Shown piece by piece: positions 1 through 9,221 of a stretch of 64,000 nt of DNA. The stretch is from the NCBI GenBank assembly GCA_938084745.1, contig CALKEZ010000006.1:3007-67006 (forward strand), in the 5' to 3' direction. The position numbers and the translations under genes are program-made. Numbering within the stretch: the stretch's first letter is position 1; every line of letters starts with the position of its first letter. A model generated the notes under the pieces. The model did not search any database, was not told the origin of the DNA, and saw only the letters and a program-made list of their open reading frames with translations. The stretch comes from an uncultured Gammaproteobacteria bacterium. GTDB lineage: Bacteria; Pseudomonadota; Gammaproteobacteria; Eutrophobiales; Eutrophobiaceae.

Positions 1-479
1 CTTTCTTGCTGAATACTCAACTCATTCTCTTGCCAACTCTCGCCACCATCAGGAGTAATATAAAGTAATCCATAGGCACCAATCACGATACCGTTTAATG
101 CATCGCTAAAGAAAACATCAAGTAATGGCGCTTCCTTATCTATATCACTGAATATTTTATGCCAGGTTTTTGCACCGTCTTTTGTTTTTAAAATTACAGC
201 ATCATGTCCAACTGCCCAGCCTGTTTTGTCATCCAACATGAAGACGCCGGTTAAAGTGGTATTCGAATCAACACTTGCTTGCGTCCAGTTTTTGGCATCC
301 CGCGAATACAGAATATGTCCTCGCTCACCAACAACGACACTCAGTGCGCCACATTGCGATGATGCCAGTAACAGTGATTTTTTAACCCATGGCGAAATTG
401 TTGCTTGCTCATCCGCAACGACTAATGTAGTCAGAATAAAAAAGGAAAACAGTGGAACGATTTTGGAAAGTTTAATCAT
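1..479 (-). CDS. Ycf48/BNR-repeat-like beta-propeller protein, N-terminal part; the 3' end runs off the window
   Basis: Absent from the ORF track because it is open at the window edge. Reverse translation from the ATG at 477-479 gives MIKLSKIVPLFSFFILTTLVVADEQATISPW (signal-peptide-like). It continues with repeats such as GWAVGHDAVILKTKDGAKTW and GIVIGAYGLLYITPDGGESW, and I saw no stop codon down to position 3. It sits downstream of the DUF1302/DUF1329 genes on the same strand. Confidence 0.6.
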   Translation of the reverse strand, partial: MIKLSKIVPLFSFFILTTLVVADEQATISPWVKKSLLLASSQCGALSVVVGERGHILYSRDAKNWTQASVDSNTTLTGVFMLDDKTGWAVGHDAVILKTKDGAKTWHKIFSDIDKEAPLLDVFFSDALNGIVIGAYGLLYITPDGGESWQENELSIQQE

Positions 480-567
480 CCAGACACAGACATTTTATAT
501 TTATATTAAAGCCTGAGTAATTATCAGCGTACTTGGACTTTATAAAGAAAGATTTAAGCTTTCATGT

Positions 568-1935
568 CTAACGATGGCCTTCCCTACGCAGGGCAGAAGG
601 CAGAAAATCACTATCATCAAACTTTACCTTAAAGTTGTATGGCGTAGTTTCATTACACAGTCCTATTGCAAGGTATCTTCCAGCCTGTAGATCAGAATGC
701 ACTTCCAATGTCGTCCATACACTTTGAACATCATAATAATTAATGGCAAAACCTTCAGACACACGCCAAAGCTGATCACGATTGTCATATTGATCAACAA
801 TTAAGATTTGCCAGGAATCTTCATCGATATAAAATGTTCGGCGCTTATAGATATGTCTCGCATCAGATTTTAAACTTGCTTCAACGACCCAGACCCGATG
901 TAGCTCATAACGGGGATAAGCCTGATTAATGTGTAGGGGTGTTAAAATATCACTGTACTTTAATGATGGTGCCTGTAGTTTATAATTGTTATAGGGGACA
1001 TAGATTTCTTTCTTACCCACCAGCTTCCAGTCATAACGTTCCGGACTACCATTGTACATATCAAATTGATCATTAGTGCGCATCCCGTCTGACGCTGTCC
1101 CGGGATTATCAAATGCGACATTGGGTGCGCGTCTCACTCGTCGTTGTCCGGGGTTATACAACCAGGCTTTTCGATTCTCGGCCTTTTGATTCATAGTTTC
1201 ATGAACCAGCAGAATACCACCCGCTAATCTGGCCGGGGCTTTCACTTCCTGTTTAAAATATAAAATAGTATTGTTCAATTCATCTGCCGTCATTCCTGAA
1301 TGGCTATATAACAGATTAAACTGATCCGAAAACTGCACCAGCGTGTAGCCCCCACCTCGGGTAGGCGCAGCTTGTGCGACATTACGTTCAGCATAGTCCC
1401 CACGCCAACGTAATAAATGATTCCATAAAACTTCAAGACCCTGACTTGGAATAGGAAAAGGTATCCCAATCGCAGCATTTTCAACACCATTGCCATCACT
1501 CGTCAACTTTGCTGTTGCAGCAATTCTACTGGTTGCAGCATAAATGCGTTCTGGAGCAGACGCACTGCGCCGGGTTGGATAAACGTTGAGTTTATATGTG
1601 TCTGGATAGGTGTTTAATAATGCCTTGTGACCCTCGCTCAGCTTGTCAGCATATTTAGACATATTGCTTTTTGTGATGCTGAACTGAATTGCATCATCCG
1701 CATAGGGGTCAATATAATGCTGTCCCGGTTTATAGCCTGCAGGTGGTGTCATTATTCCCCCATCCCAGGCCGGAATTGTGCCATCGGCATTCGCCGCTTT
1801 TTCGCCTCCGAGTGGGGTCAGGTCATTTCCCAGTCGGGCAATATCATCCGCTGATATTTCTGCATGCAGCGATAATGGGAACGTCATTACAATGCAAATG
1901 AAAGAGATAAAAATTATGTTTATTTTTTTATTCAT
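568..1935 (-). CDS. DUF1329 family periplasmic protein (LolA-like fold family)
   Basis: 455-aa ORF with an N-terminal signal peptide (MNKKINIIFISFICIVMTFPLSLHAE). The ADDIARLGNDLTPLGGEKAANADGTIPAWDGG opening is characteristic of DUF1329. It is adjacent to a DUF1302 gene. Confidence 0.8.
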   Translation of the reverse strand: MNKKINIIFISFICIVMTFPLSLHAEISADDIARLGNDLTPLGGEKAANADGTIPAWDGGIMTPPAGYKPGQHYIDPYADDAIQFSITKSNMSKYADKLSEGHKALLNTYPDTYKLNVYPTRRSASAPERIYAATSRIAATAKLTSDGNGVENAAIGIPFPIPSQGLEVLWNHLLRWRGDYAERNVAQAAPTRGGGYTLVQFSDQFNLLYSHSGMTADELNNTILYFKQEVKAPARLAGGILLVHETMNQKAENRKAWLYNPGQRRVRRAPNVAFDNPGTASDGMRTNDQFDMYNGSPERYDWKLVGKKEIYVPYNNYKLQAPSLKYSDILTPLHINQAYPRYELHRVWVVEASLKSDARHIYKRRTFYIDEDSWQILIVDQYDNRDQLWRVSEGFAINYYDVQSVWTTLEVHSDLQAGRYLAIGLCNETTPYNFKVKFDDSDFLPSALRREGHR

Positions 1936-1970
1936 AATATCGATTGTGTAGGCCCTAAAAAAATAAAAAT

Positions 1971-3785
1971 CTAGAAAGCATAACTTAAGCTAAATGCGAC
2001 GAAGTCCCGATCCTGTAACAGGTTTTGTGAGCCCGCACCATAGAAGCCGGTATAACTTAGATCGGCACGCCAGCTATTTTGATAATCGGCAGTCACGCCC
2101 AGCGTCATTTGTTTGAAACCTTCAATAAAATTTCCCCCGGGACCGGGAGTATTACCGGAAACATCATGTCGCCAACCAATTCTTGGCGATAAATTGACCG
2201 CACCAATGACATTATTATAAGTCAGTCGGCCAACAAAGCGGTATCCCCAGGAAGTAGAGTCAGCATAGTCATTTGTTTCAACAGGAACCGTAAAAAATCC
2301 GGCTGTTATCGGGTTACCGGGAAGGTTTGTTCCGGCAGCCTCTAGACGTAAATCACTTTGACTTGGCATGTCATGTATATGCGTGATGGCGAATTCACTC
2401 AGCATTACTGCCTGATTTGCCTTGAATACATTGCCAAAGACCTTGCTCGCAGTCATTTGAAACTGGCTTACATCACGTTCGATGAACCCCGGGATAGTGG
2501 CACCATTAGCAAACACGCCTAATTGACTCGTTGCGCCGCCGCCGGGTAATAGCTCGAAATGTAGTGCTGCGGCCAGAAGCTCAACATCGTCCACCTGCAG
2601 CGGCACATCATTACGATAGGAATATTCACCTTGCAAAGCGATACCGGAAGTCCCTAATTGTGTATTGAAACTGGCACCAAACAGATGGATATCTTCCGGG
2701 TAACTAATAAAATAGGATGCTGGTAATGCCGGATTATTTACCGGGAAAGTGGCTCCGGGGGTATCTGCTATTGCGTTAATGACCGGCAGGCGGCTATGGT
2801 ACTTGATATGGTAAAAACCGAACTCGGAATCATTGAGTGCTTCTGAATAAATACGTAAAGCAACCCCATATTCTTCACCTTGATCAGGTCTGACATCGTC
2901 GGCACGACCCGCTGAGAATGCAGTACCCGGTGCAGCCCCACAGATAGCAGCCGGGAAGTTAGGTAATGAGGTCAGTGTACCACCCAATGTTAAGTAGTCG
3001 GGACATGCGCCAAAACCCAGTGCGACAAATGTTCCACCAGCCCCGACGAAATCATTAGTACTAAAATATGACCCGGTAGGATCAATCAGCGTACGCTCAT
3101 AGTCATACTGCCAATACGCTTCCAGAGAGACATCATCGAATATTCCAAGCGAGGCAAAGACAATACCAACTGGTGTTAAGGCTTCTTTAAGTTGAGCACC
3201 CGGGACTCTTAACTTACTAACATCAACCGGGTTAATGACATTAATACTGTTTTGAATAAACGTACTCTCGCCCCAGCTAACAACCTGTTCCCCCACGCGC
3301 AAAGAAAAGGGCATTGAACCAATCTTAAAATCACCCCATACATAGGCATCTAATAATGAAAGATTTTCACCGTTTAATCGTATCGTAGTGTCAGACAAGG
3401 GCGTGCGTTGTGTATCACCAGTAATACCATTCGCTTTGCTATCCTGAAAACCGGTACCCCTGACAAAGACACCAAAGTTTTTATAATTGAGTTCGAGTTC
3501 GGTGGTAAATTTAAGTGTGCTGCTTACAAGACCGGTGTCTTTGTAGTTCAAATTACCATCATCACCGTTAGCAGAATATGCAGCACCGCCACTTGCTCTA
3601 CTATGCAAGTCGGACGCCATGGGTTGGACGCGATGCAAAGTACCAAAAGAAATGTTGGTATCCCAACTTCCGGTTAAGTCTCCCTGATTTATTTCAATGG
3701 CCTCAACGTACCCGCCATTTGATAACACGGCGATTAAAAACAGGCTGATAATCCATTTCGATCTTACATGACAATTAGCAGTCAT
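1971..3785 (-). CDS. DUF1302 family outer-membrane beta-barrel protein
   Basis: 604-aa ORF with a signal peptide. Alternating Gly/aromatic-rich strands and a C-terminal ...FSLSYAF with terminal Phe are typical of outer-membrane proteins. Paired with DUF1329. Confidence 0.8.
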   Translation of the reverse strand: MTANCHVRSKWIISLFLIAVLSNGGYVEAIEINQGDLTGSWDTNISFGTLHRVQPMASDLHSRASGGAAYSANGDDGNLNYKDTGLVSSTLKFTTELELNYKNFGVFVRGTGFQDSKANGITGDTQRTPLSDTTIRLNGENLSLLDAYVWGDFKIGSMPFSLRVGEQVVSWGESTFIQNSINVINPVDVSKLRVPGAQLKEALTPVGIVFASLGIFDDVSLEAYWQYDYERTLIDPTGSYFSTNDFVGAGGTFVALGFGACPDYLTLGGTLTSLPNFPAAICGAAPGTAFSAGRADDVRPDQGEEYGVALRIYSEALNDSEFGFYHIKYHSRLPVINAIADTPGATFPVNNPALPASYFISYPEDIHLFGASFNTQLGTSGIALQGEYSYRNDVPLQVDDVELLAAALHFELLPGGGATSQLGVFANGATIPGFIERDVSQFQMTASKVFGNVFKANQAVMLSEFAITHIHDMPSQSDLRLEAAGTNLPGNPITAGFFTVPVETNDYADSTSWGYRFVGRLTYNNVIGAVNLSPRIGWRHDVSGNTPGPGGNFIEGFKQMTLGVTADYQNSWRADLSYTGFYGAGSQNLLQDRDFVAFSLSYAF

Positions 3786-3910
3786 GATCTACCCCTTACT
3801 TTTGGATTATTATTACGATTTTTCCAAAAACCTCACTGTATCTGGAATTTAGTAAATAATTATATTTATAGCACAATTAATATTATTTTTTTCTATCACA
3901 ACGGGATAGC

Positions 3911-5203
3911 CTAGACATCCTGAGACATTTTTTCTGTTGTTGCTGATAAACGATGGATTAATGTTCTCAAAAAAACCTTAAGGAACCTGACCTGACAATT
4001 CAATGAAACCTGGGAAATTACGGTTGAATTAATCTTCATCAAAGAGGTGTGATCAGGTGCTTTAATTGTGGCCGTTCGTTTCGTTTTAGCCAAATAACCC
4101 ATCTCACCAAAACAATCGCCTTTTTCCAGGTTTCGTATCACCGTTCCATTTTTCATAACATCGACACTACCTTTAACGATAATATAAAAACAATCATCCA
4201 TATCGCCTTCAACAATAATGTCATCATTAGCATTATAGTCCTGCCAGCTACTGGCACGGAGGATTTCCCATATTTCCGCATCCGGGAAGCCGGTAAAGAA
4301 ATCAAGTTTTTTAACTGAATTAAACTTTTCTTCAGCGGAAATATCTTTCTTCGGTTTTTCCAGCGTATCAAATGCCTTGGTAAGATCGGCTGCCAGATCA
4401 AGGCCCATCTGATAACGGTTAGCGACATCTTTTTCTAATGCTTTGCAGACAATCTCGTTTAATGAATCCGGCAAATCAGTTCGATAGTCGCTCATAGGCG
4501 GCGGCTCATCATTCAGAATTGTATTGACCAGGCGCGAAAAATTATCTGCCGGAAAAGGTTGTCTGCCAGTCAACAATTCATACATCACCACACCTAATGA
4601 GAAAAGGTCACTCTGATTAGTAACATGTTCTTCTCGCAGTTGTTCTGGTGACATATACCTTGGTGAGCCCATCATGCCGCCCATTTGTGTCGTCGTTGAA
4701 TCGGCATTGTAGATATGGGCAATACTGAAATCACCAATCTTTACATCCTGATCAGGCGTAAACAGTATATTCGAGGGTTTAATATCTCGATGCACCACTC
4801 CTTGTCGGTGAGCGTAATCAAGCGCATTAGCGCATTTGAAAATGATTTCAACGACCTTGTTTACCGGTAATAAATTATCCGAGCTGCAAAAGGGTTTTAA
4901 GGTATTCCCACCCTCGATGTATTCCATAACGATGTAACAGTTATCTTCATCAACACCCGCATCATAGATATTAATGACATTCGGATGAGTCAGGAGGCCC
5001 GCGGTATGCGCCTCATTAAAAAACATCTTCCGATAGCGCGCGCCTGATTCGACATTATTTAACGCATCAAGAAAAGCAACTTTTAATGCTACCGGACGAT
5101 TAATGTAGGGATCATGACCAAGATAGACCACCCCCATACTGCCCCGATCAATTTCTTCACGAACTTCATATTTACCTAGTTTCTCAGGGACATTATTAGT
5201 CAT
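3911..5203 (-). CDS. Hanks-type Ser/Thr protein kinase fused to a C-terminal cyclic-nucleotide-binding domain (paralog 1)
   Basis: Kinase motifs: RGSMGVVY loop, VALKV lysine, HRDIKPSN catalytic loop, DFS (DFG position), SPRYMSPE. C-terminal cNMP-binding signature: FYIIVKGSVDV...GDCFGEMGYLAKTKRTATIKA. Confidence 0.85.
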   Translation of the reverse strand: MTNNVPEKLGKYEVREEIDRGSMGVVYLGHDPYINRPVALKVAFLDALNNVESGARYRKMFFNEAHTAGLLTHPNVINIYDAGVDEDNCYIVMEYIEGGNTLKPFCSSDNLLPVNKVVEIIFKCANALDYAHRQGVVHRDIKPSNILFTPDQDVKIGDFSIAHIYNADSTTTQMGGMMGSPRYMSPEQLREEHVTNQSDLFSLGVVMYELLTGRQPFPADNFSRLVNTILNDEPPPMSDYRTDLPDSLNEIVCKALEKDVANRYQMGLDLAADLTKAFDTLEKPKKDISAEEKFNSVKKLDFFTGFPDAEIWEILRASSWQDYNANDDIIVEGDMDDCFYIIVKGSVDVMKNGTVIRNLEKGDCFGEMGYLAKTKRTATIKAPDHTSLMKINSTVISQVSLNCQVRFLKVFLRTLIHRLSATTEKMSQDV

Positions 5204-5489
5204 GTGATTCTTCTGTTTATCTCTAATTTTATGTAACCAAAGGCTATTATGTGCAGTGCAACAAGTCTGTCACCTAATAACTTATCATAACGATGTAACT
5301 TATTGTCGTATATTAATCCATCTTCATTGATTTTAATATCTATCATAGTGTCATATCACAACGACATTAATGATTGCTATTAAACATAAAAGCGGCAATA
5401 TTGACCATAATGTTCAGCCTACTATACTGGCAGATATGTACTAATATTAATCTGGGGCAAGGATTGCGCACAAATGGAGACTGACAATT

Positions 5490-5927
5490 ATGACCACTAC
5501 TGTTAATCAGCTACTTAATGCTAAAAAAAGTGAAATATTTTCGGTTACGCCAGACTCACTCGTGATTGATGCCATCAGGATGATGAATGACAAAAAAGTC
5601 GGCGCATTACTCGTTATGGAAGACGGAAAACTATCAGGGATTCTGTCGGAACGAGATTACACCAGAAAAGTAATACTTAATAACCGCAGTTCATCTGACA
5701 CCAAGGTCGGGGAAATCATGACTGCCGAGCTAAAGACAGTCAACACATCGCAAACTATCGATGAATGCCTGGTTATTATGTCGCATAATCATATACGGCA
5801 TTTACCCGTTGTTGATAATGATAAAACCGTTGGTATTTTGTCCGTTATGGATGTTGTTAAAAATATTATCTCTGAAAAGGAATTTATAATAGAACAATTG
5901 GAGCATTATATTACAGATACGGCCTAA
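5490..5927 (+). CDS. CBS-pair domain protein
   Basis: 145-aa ORF with two CBS repeats (VGALLVMEDGKLSGILSERD and IRHLPVVDNDKTVGILSVMD). A GGAGA Shine-Dalgarno lies upstream of the ATG. Confidence 0.85.
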   Translation: MTTTVNQLLNAKKSEIFSVTPDSLVIDAIRMMNDKKVGALLVMEDGKLSGILSERDYTRKVILNNRSSSDTKVGEIMTAELKTVNTSQTIDECLVIMSHNHIRHLPVVDNDKTVGILSVMDVVKNIISEKEFIIEQLEHYITDTA

Positions 5928-6003
5928 TCATTCCTTCACAATCCCGTAATCACCATGGATAGTGTTTAAAACTTGAGCCTTTAAAGTAAGAACCTTCGAC
6001 GTT

Positions 6004-6040
6004 AGCTGCCATACATTTAAATATGGCAGCTATTATTTTT
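6004..6040 (+). terminator. Rho-independent terminator downstream of the CBS gene
   Basis: Perfect 10-bp stem agctgccata/tatggcagct (6004-6013 / 6022-6031) with an 8-nt loop, followed by attattttt. Confidence 0.65.
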
Positions 6041-6134
6041 ATAATCAAAATTAATTGGCTTTGGACGGATAATAAACCAGTCTGGAATCGATTTTTTGAC
6101 TCTCGAATAAATAGATATTTACATAACGAACAGT

Positions 6135-7712
6135 ATGTCAAAAACGAAAAAATCAGTCATTCACGAGCAATTAAGTTCGCATCATGCAGCGATGAAAAAT
6201 ATTCGCTTACGAGATCTGTTTATGCATGACCCGCAACGCGGCAAAACGTATACACAGCATTTTGGTGGACTGTATATCGACCTATCCAAGAATATCATTT
6301 CAAATGAAACACTGCCTTTACTGAACAAGTTTGCAAAAGTATCGGGTATTGAAGCATCGATTAAGGCGATGTTTGCCGGTGAAAAAATCAATAACACTGA
6401 AGATCGTGCAGTCCTGCATACCGCGCTGCGCTCCATGCCTGAGCAACAGCTTGAACTCGATAATAAAGAGATCATCAGTCAGGTACATGCTGAACTCGAT
6501 AAGGTACAAAATTTTGTTACCCGCATTCATTCCAAAAACCATCGTGGCTGGACCAATAAACCAATCGATACCTTTGTCAATATTGGAATCGGTGGTTCTG
6601 ATCTCGGTCCCAAAATGATAGTTGCTGCATTGGAAGAGTATCGACAAGGTGAAACGCGATCTTTTTTCATTTCAAATATAGATTATGAAGCGATTGATTC
6701 AGTACAAAAAAAGATAGATCCCGAAACAACACTATTCATTATTGCATCAAAGTCATTCAATACAATTGAAACCCTGACCAATGCCGAAACCCTCAAGACA
6801 TGGATGCTAGCGTCGGGTTGTAATGATATAAGCAAACACTTTGTTGCGGTATCTAACAATCTTGAAGCCACCGGCAGTTTTGGCATAAAACCGGAAAATG
6901 TGTTTACTTTATGGGACTGGGTCGGTGGGCGCTTCTCATTATGGTCAGCAATTGGTTTACCCATTGCACTGGCTATTGGTTATGACAACTTCAAAGCCTT
7001 ACTAGCTGGTGCACATGAGCTGGATGAACATTTTTCACATGCGCCACTGGAAAAAAATATACCGGTCACCCTGGCATTGATCGATTATTGGTACGCTCGT
7101 TTCTTTGACGCACCAACACATGCCTTCATACCTTACGATGAATCTCTTAAATTATTACCGGATTATCTTTCACAACTGTTTATGGAGAGTAATGGCAAAT
7201 CAACAGACATAAACGGACATATTGTTGATTACAAAACCATGCCAATTACATGGGGTTCTGTCGGTACAAATTCACAGCATTCTTTTTTTCAATTATTACA
7301 TCAAGGCACACACCTGGTGCCAATTGATTTTCTTGCGCCATTAAGAAAGAAAGGTGACCAAAAACATCATGCCTTATTGCTGGCTAACTGCCTGGCTCAG
7401 AGTCAGGCTCTGATGCAAGGTGAAAGCAGTACCGATCCAAATCGCCATATAGTTGGCAATAAACCCAGCACCACGATTCTATACACTGAACTTACACCCA
7501 CCATACTGGGTTCTTTAATCGCGATGTATGAGCACCGAACCTTCGTGCAGGGTTTGTTATGGAACATCAATCCATTCGACCAATGGGGGGTCGAATTGGG
7601 GAAAAAACTCGCCGTGGACATCTATGACGTACTCGAGGGAAAGAAGACCGGCGATAACTTGGATTCATCCACGCAGAATCTGATTGACCTCTACCATAAT
7701 TATCATCACTAG
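6135..7712 (+). CDS. pgi: glucose-6-phosphate isomerase
   Basis: 525-aa ORF with full-length resemblance to bacterial PGI. Motifs include IGIGGSDLGP, FIIASKSFNT(I)ET and GVELGK. Confidence 0.95.
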   Translation: MSKTKKSVIHEQLSSHHAAMKNIRLRDLFMHDPQRGKTYTQHFGGLYIDLSKNIISNETLPLLNKFAKVSGIEASIKAMFAGEKINNTEDRAVLHTALRSMPEQQLELDNKEIISQVHAELDKVQNFVTRIHSKNHRGWTNKPIDTFVNIGIGGSDLGPKMIVAALEEYRQGETRSFFISNIDYEAIDSVQKKIDPETTLFIIASKSFNTIETLTNAETLKTWMLASGCNDISKHFVAVSNNLEATGSFGIKPENVFTLWDWVGGRFSLWSAIGLPIALAIGYDNFKALLAGAHELDEHFSHAPLEKNIPVTLALIDYWYARFFDAPTHAFIPYDESLKLLPDYLSQLFMESNGKSTDINGHIVDYKTMPITWGSVGTNSQHSFFQLLHQGTHLVPIDFLAPLRKKGDQKHHALLLANCLAQSQALMQGESSTDPNRHIVGNKPSTTILYTELTPTILGSLIAMYEHRTFVQGLLWNINPFDQWGVELGKKLAVDIYDVLEGKKTGDNLDSSTQNLIDLYHNYHH

Positions 7713-7730
7713 ATTTCGCGGGCTATAAAA

Positions 7731-9020
7731 TCAATCATGACGTGACACATACATTGCTGTTGTTTCAGAGAGTCGTTTAACCAGGGTCTGCATAAAGACA
7801 CGACTAAAGTGTAACTGACATTCTACCGAGGCCTGTTCAATTAGTGTTGCATTAATCTTCATCAAGTCGACATGGTTTCTGGCGAGTATAGTTGCGGTTC
7901 GTTTGGCCTTGCTGAGATAACTCATTTCCCCAAAACAATCGCCGGCTTGTAAATTGCCAATCAAGGCGCCGTCCTTATAAACATCTACCTCGCCAGAGAT
8001 AATGATATAGAACGAATCATCAATATCACCTTCAACAATAATTTGAGTGCCTGTATCAAATTTCTGCCAGATACACGCCCGTATAATCTCCCATATTTCA
8101 GATTCGGGAAACTCGCTGAAAAAATCCAGTGACTGGATAGAATTAAATTTTTCCTGAACTTCAACTTCTTCTTCCGGTTTGTCGAGGTAATCAAATGCCA
8201 GACTTAAGTCTGCAGCAAAATTCAAACCCATTTTGTAGCGTTTCTCCGGATTTTTCTGTAAGGCATGGTGAATAATCTTTTCGAGGATTTCCGGTACATC
8301 AGTCCGGTGAGCACTCAAGGGCGCATTATTTTCGTTGATGATCATATGGATTAAACGCGAAAAACTATCTGCCGGAAAGGGATGCTTACCGGTCAACAAT
8401 TCATACATGACTATACCCAACGAAAAGAGATCAGTTTGATTCGTTATAACATCTTCCTGCACTTGTTCCGGTGACATGTATCGTGGAGAACCAACAAAGC
8501 CCATCGGCATGGTATTGGTTGTGTCAGAGGTCATGATATGAGCAATACTAAAATCGGCAATCTTCACGTCCTGCTCTTGGGTAATTAAAATATTGGTCGG
8601 TTTAATATCCCGGTGAATGACACCATTACGATGGGCATAATCCAGCGCTTTTGCGCATTTAAATGTAATTTCAATGACTTTTTCAAGCGGCAACAGATTC
8701 TTTGCGTTACAGAATGGTTTCAGTGTTTCGCCACCTTCGATGAGTTCCATCACTATATAGCAATGATCATCTTCCGCACCGGCATCCAGAATCTCGACAA
8801 TGTTGGGGTGTCTTAATGTTCCTGCGGCATGAGCTTCGTTAAAGAACATTTTACGATAGCGTTCACCTGATTCTTTATCTTTCAGGGATTCAGATAGAGC
8901 AACTTTCACCGCCACATCGCGTTCGGCAAAAGGGTCGTAACCTTTGTAAACAATACCCATACTGCCACGACCGACCTGCTCTTTTATTTCATACTTGCCT
9001 AATTGTTCAGGAATATTCAT
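7731..9020 (-). CDS. Hanks-type Ser/Thr protein kinase fused to a C-terminal cyclic-nucleotide-binding domain (paralog 2)
   Basis: Collinear with the 3911-5203 protein: GRGSMGIVY, VAVKV, HRDIKPTN, DFS, SPRYMSPE and GDCFGEMSYLSKAKRTATILA. The ORF is open to a GTG at 9038, but the ATG at 9018-9020 (MNIPEQLGKYE) aligns with the start of paralog 1. Confidence 0.85.
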   Translation of the reverse strand: MNIPEQLGKYEIKEQVGRGSMGIVYKGYDPFAERDVAVKVALSESLKDKESGERYRKMFFNEAHAAGTLRHPNIVEILDAGAEDDHCYIVMELIEGGETLKPFCNAKNLLPLEKVIEITFKCAKALDYAHRNGVIHRDIKPTNILITQEQDVKIADFSIAHIMTSDTTNTMPMGFVGSPRYMSPEQVQEDVITNQTDLFSLGIVMYELLTGKHPFPADSFSRLIHMIINENNAPLSAHRTDVPEILEKIIHHALQKNPEKRYKMGLNFAADLSLAFDYLDKPEEEVEVQEKFNSIQSLDFFSEFPESEIWEIIRACIWQKFDTGTQIIVEGDIDDSFYIIISGEVDVYKDGALIGNLQAGDCFGEMSYLSKAKRTATILARNHVDLMKINATLIEQASVECQLHFSRVFMQTLVKRLSETTAMYVSRHD

Positions 9021-9221
9021 TTGAAGATTAAAATACACTACTTATAATGAGTTATTTCATTTTATTAAAACATATTATTGATAAATTACTGAATCTTTCT
9101 CTTAAATTGTTGGCAAAGACGATTCCTTGATACAATTCGAAACTTCTTAATCGTTGTCAATAAACGACAAAACCTGCTCTACTTCTCTGTCAATTTACAC
9201 AAAGGTATAACTAACATCATT

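Noticed and set aside
226-516. 96-aa + strand ORF from the track
   Set aside because: It lies antisense within the much better supported, signal-peptide-bearing BNR/Ycf48-like gene on the minus strand (1-479). It has no recognisable motifs, and its apparent coding potential is explained by the opposite strand.
3880-3910. Hairpin ctatc-acaacgg-gatag next to a T7 run downstream of kinase 1
   Set aside because: The stem is only 5 bp. On the transcribed (minus) strand it is followed by an A-run rather than a U-run, so it is not a credible terminator.
5204-5489. CRP-like sites (tgtgcagtgcaacaag; gtgtcatatcacaac) in the kinase-1 / CBS divergent region
   Set aside because: Neither fits the TGTGA-N6-TCACA geometry: one lacks the second half-site and the other has a 3-nt spacer. 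I judge them chance matches in AT-rich DNA.
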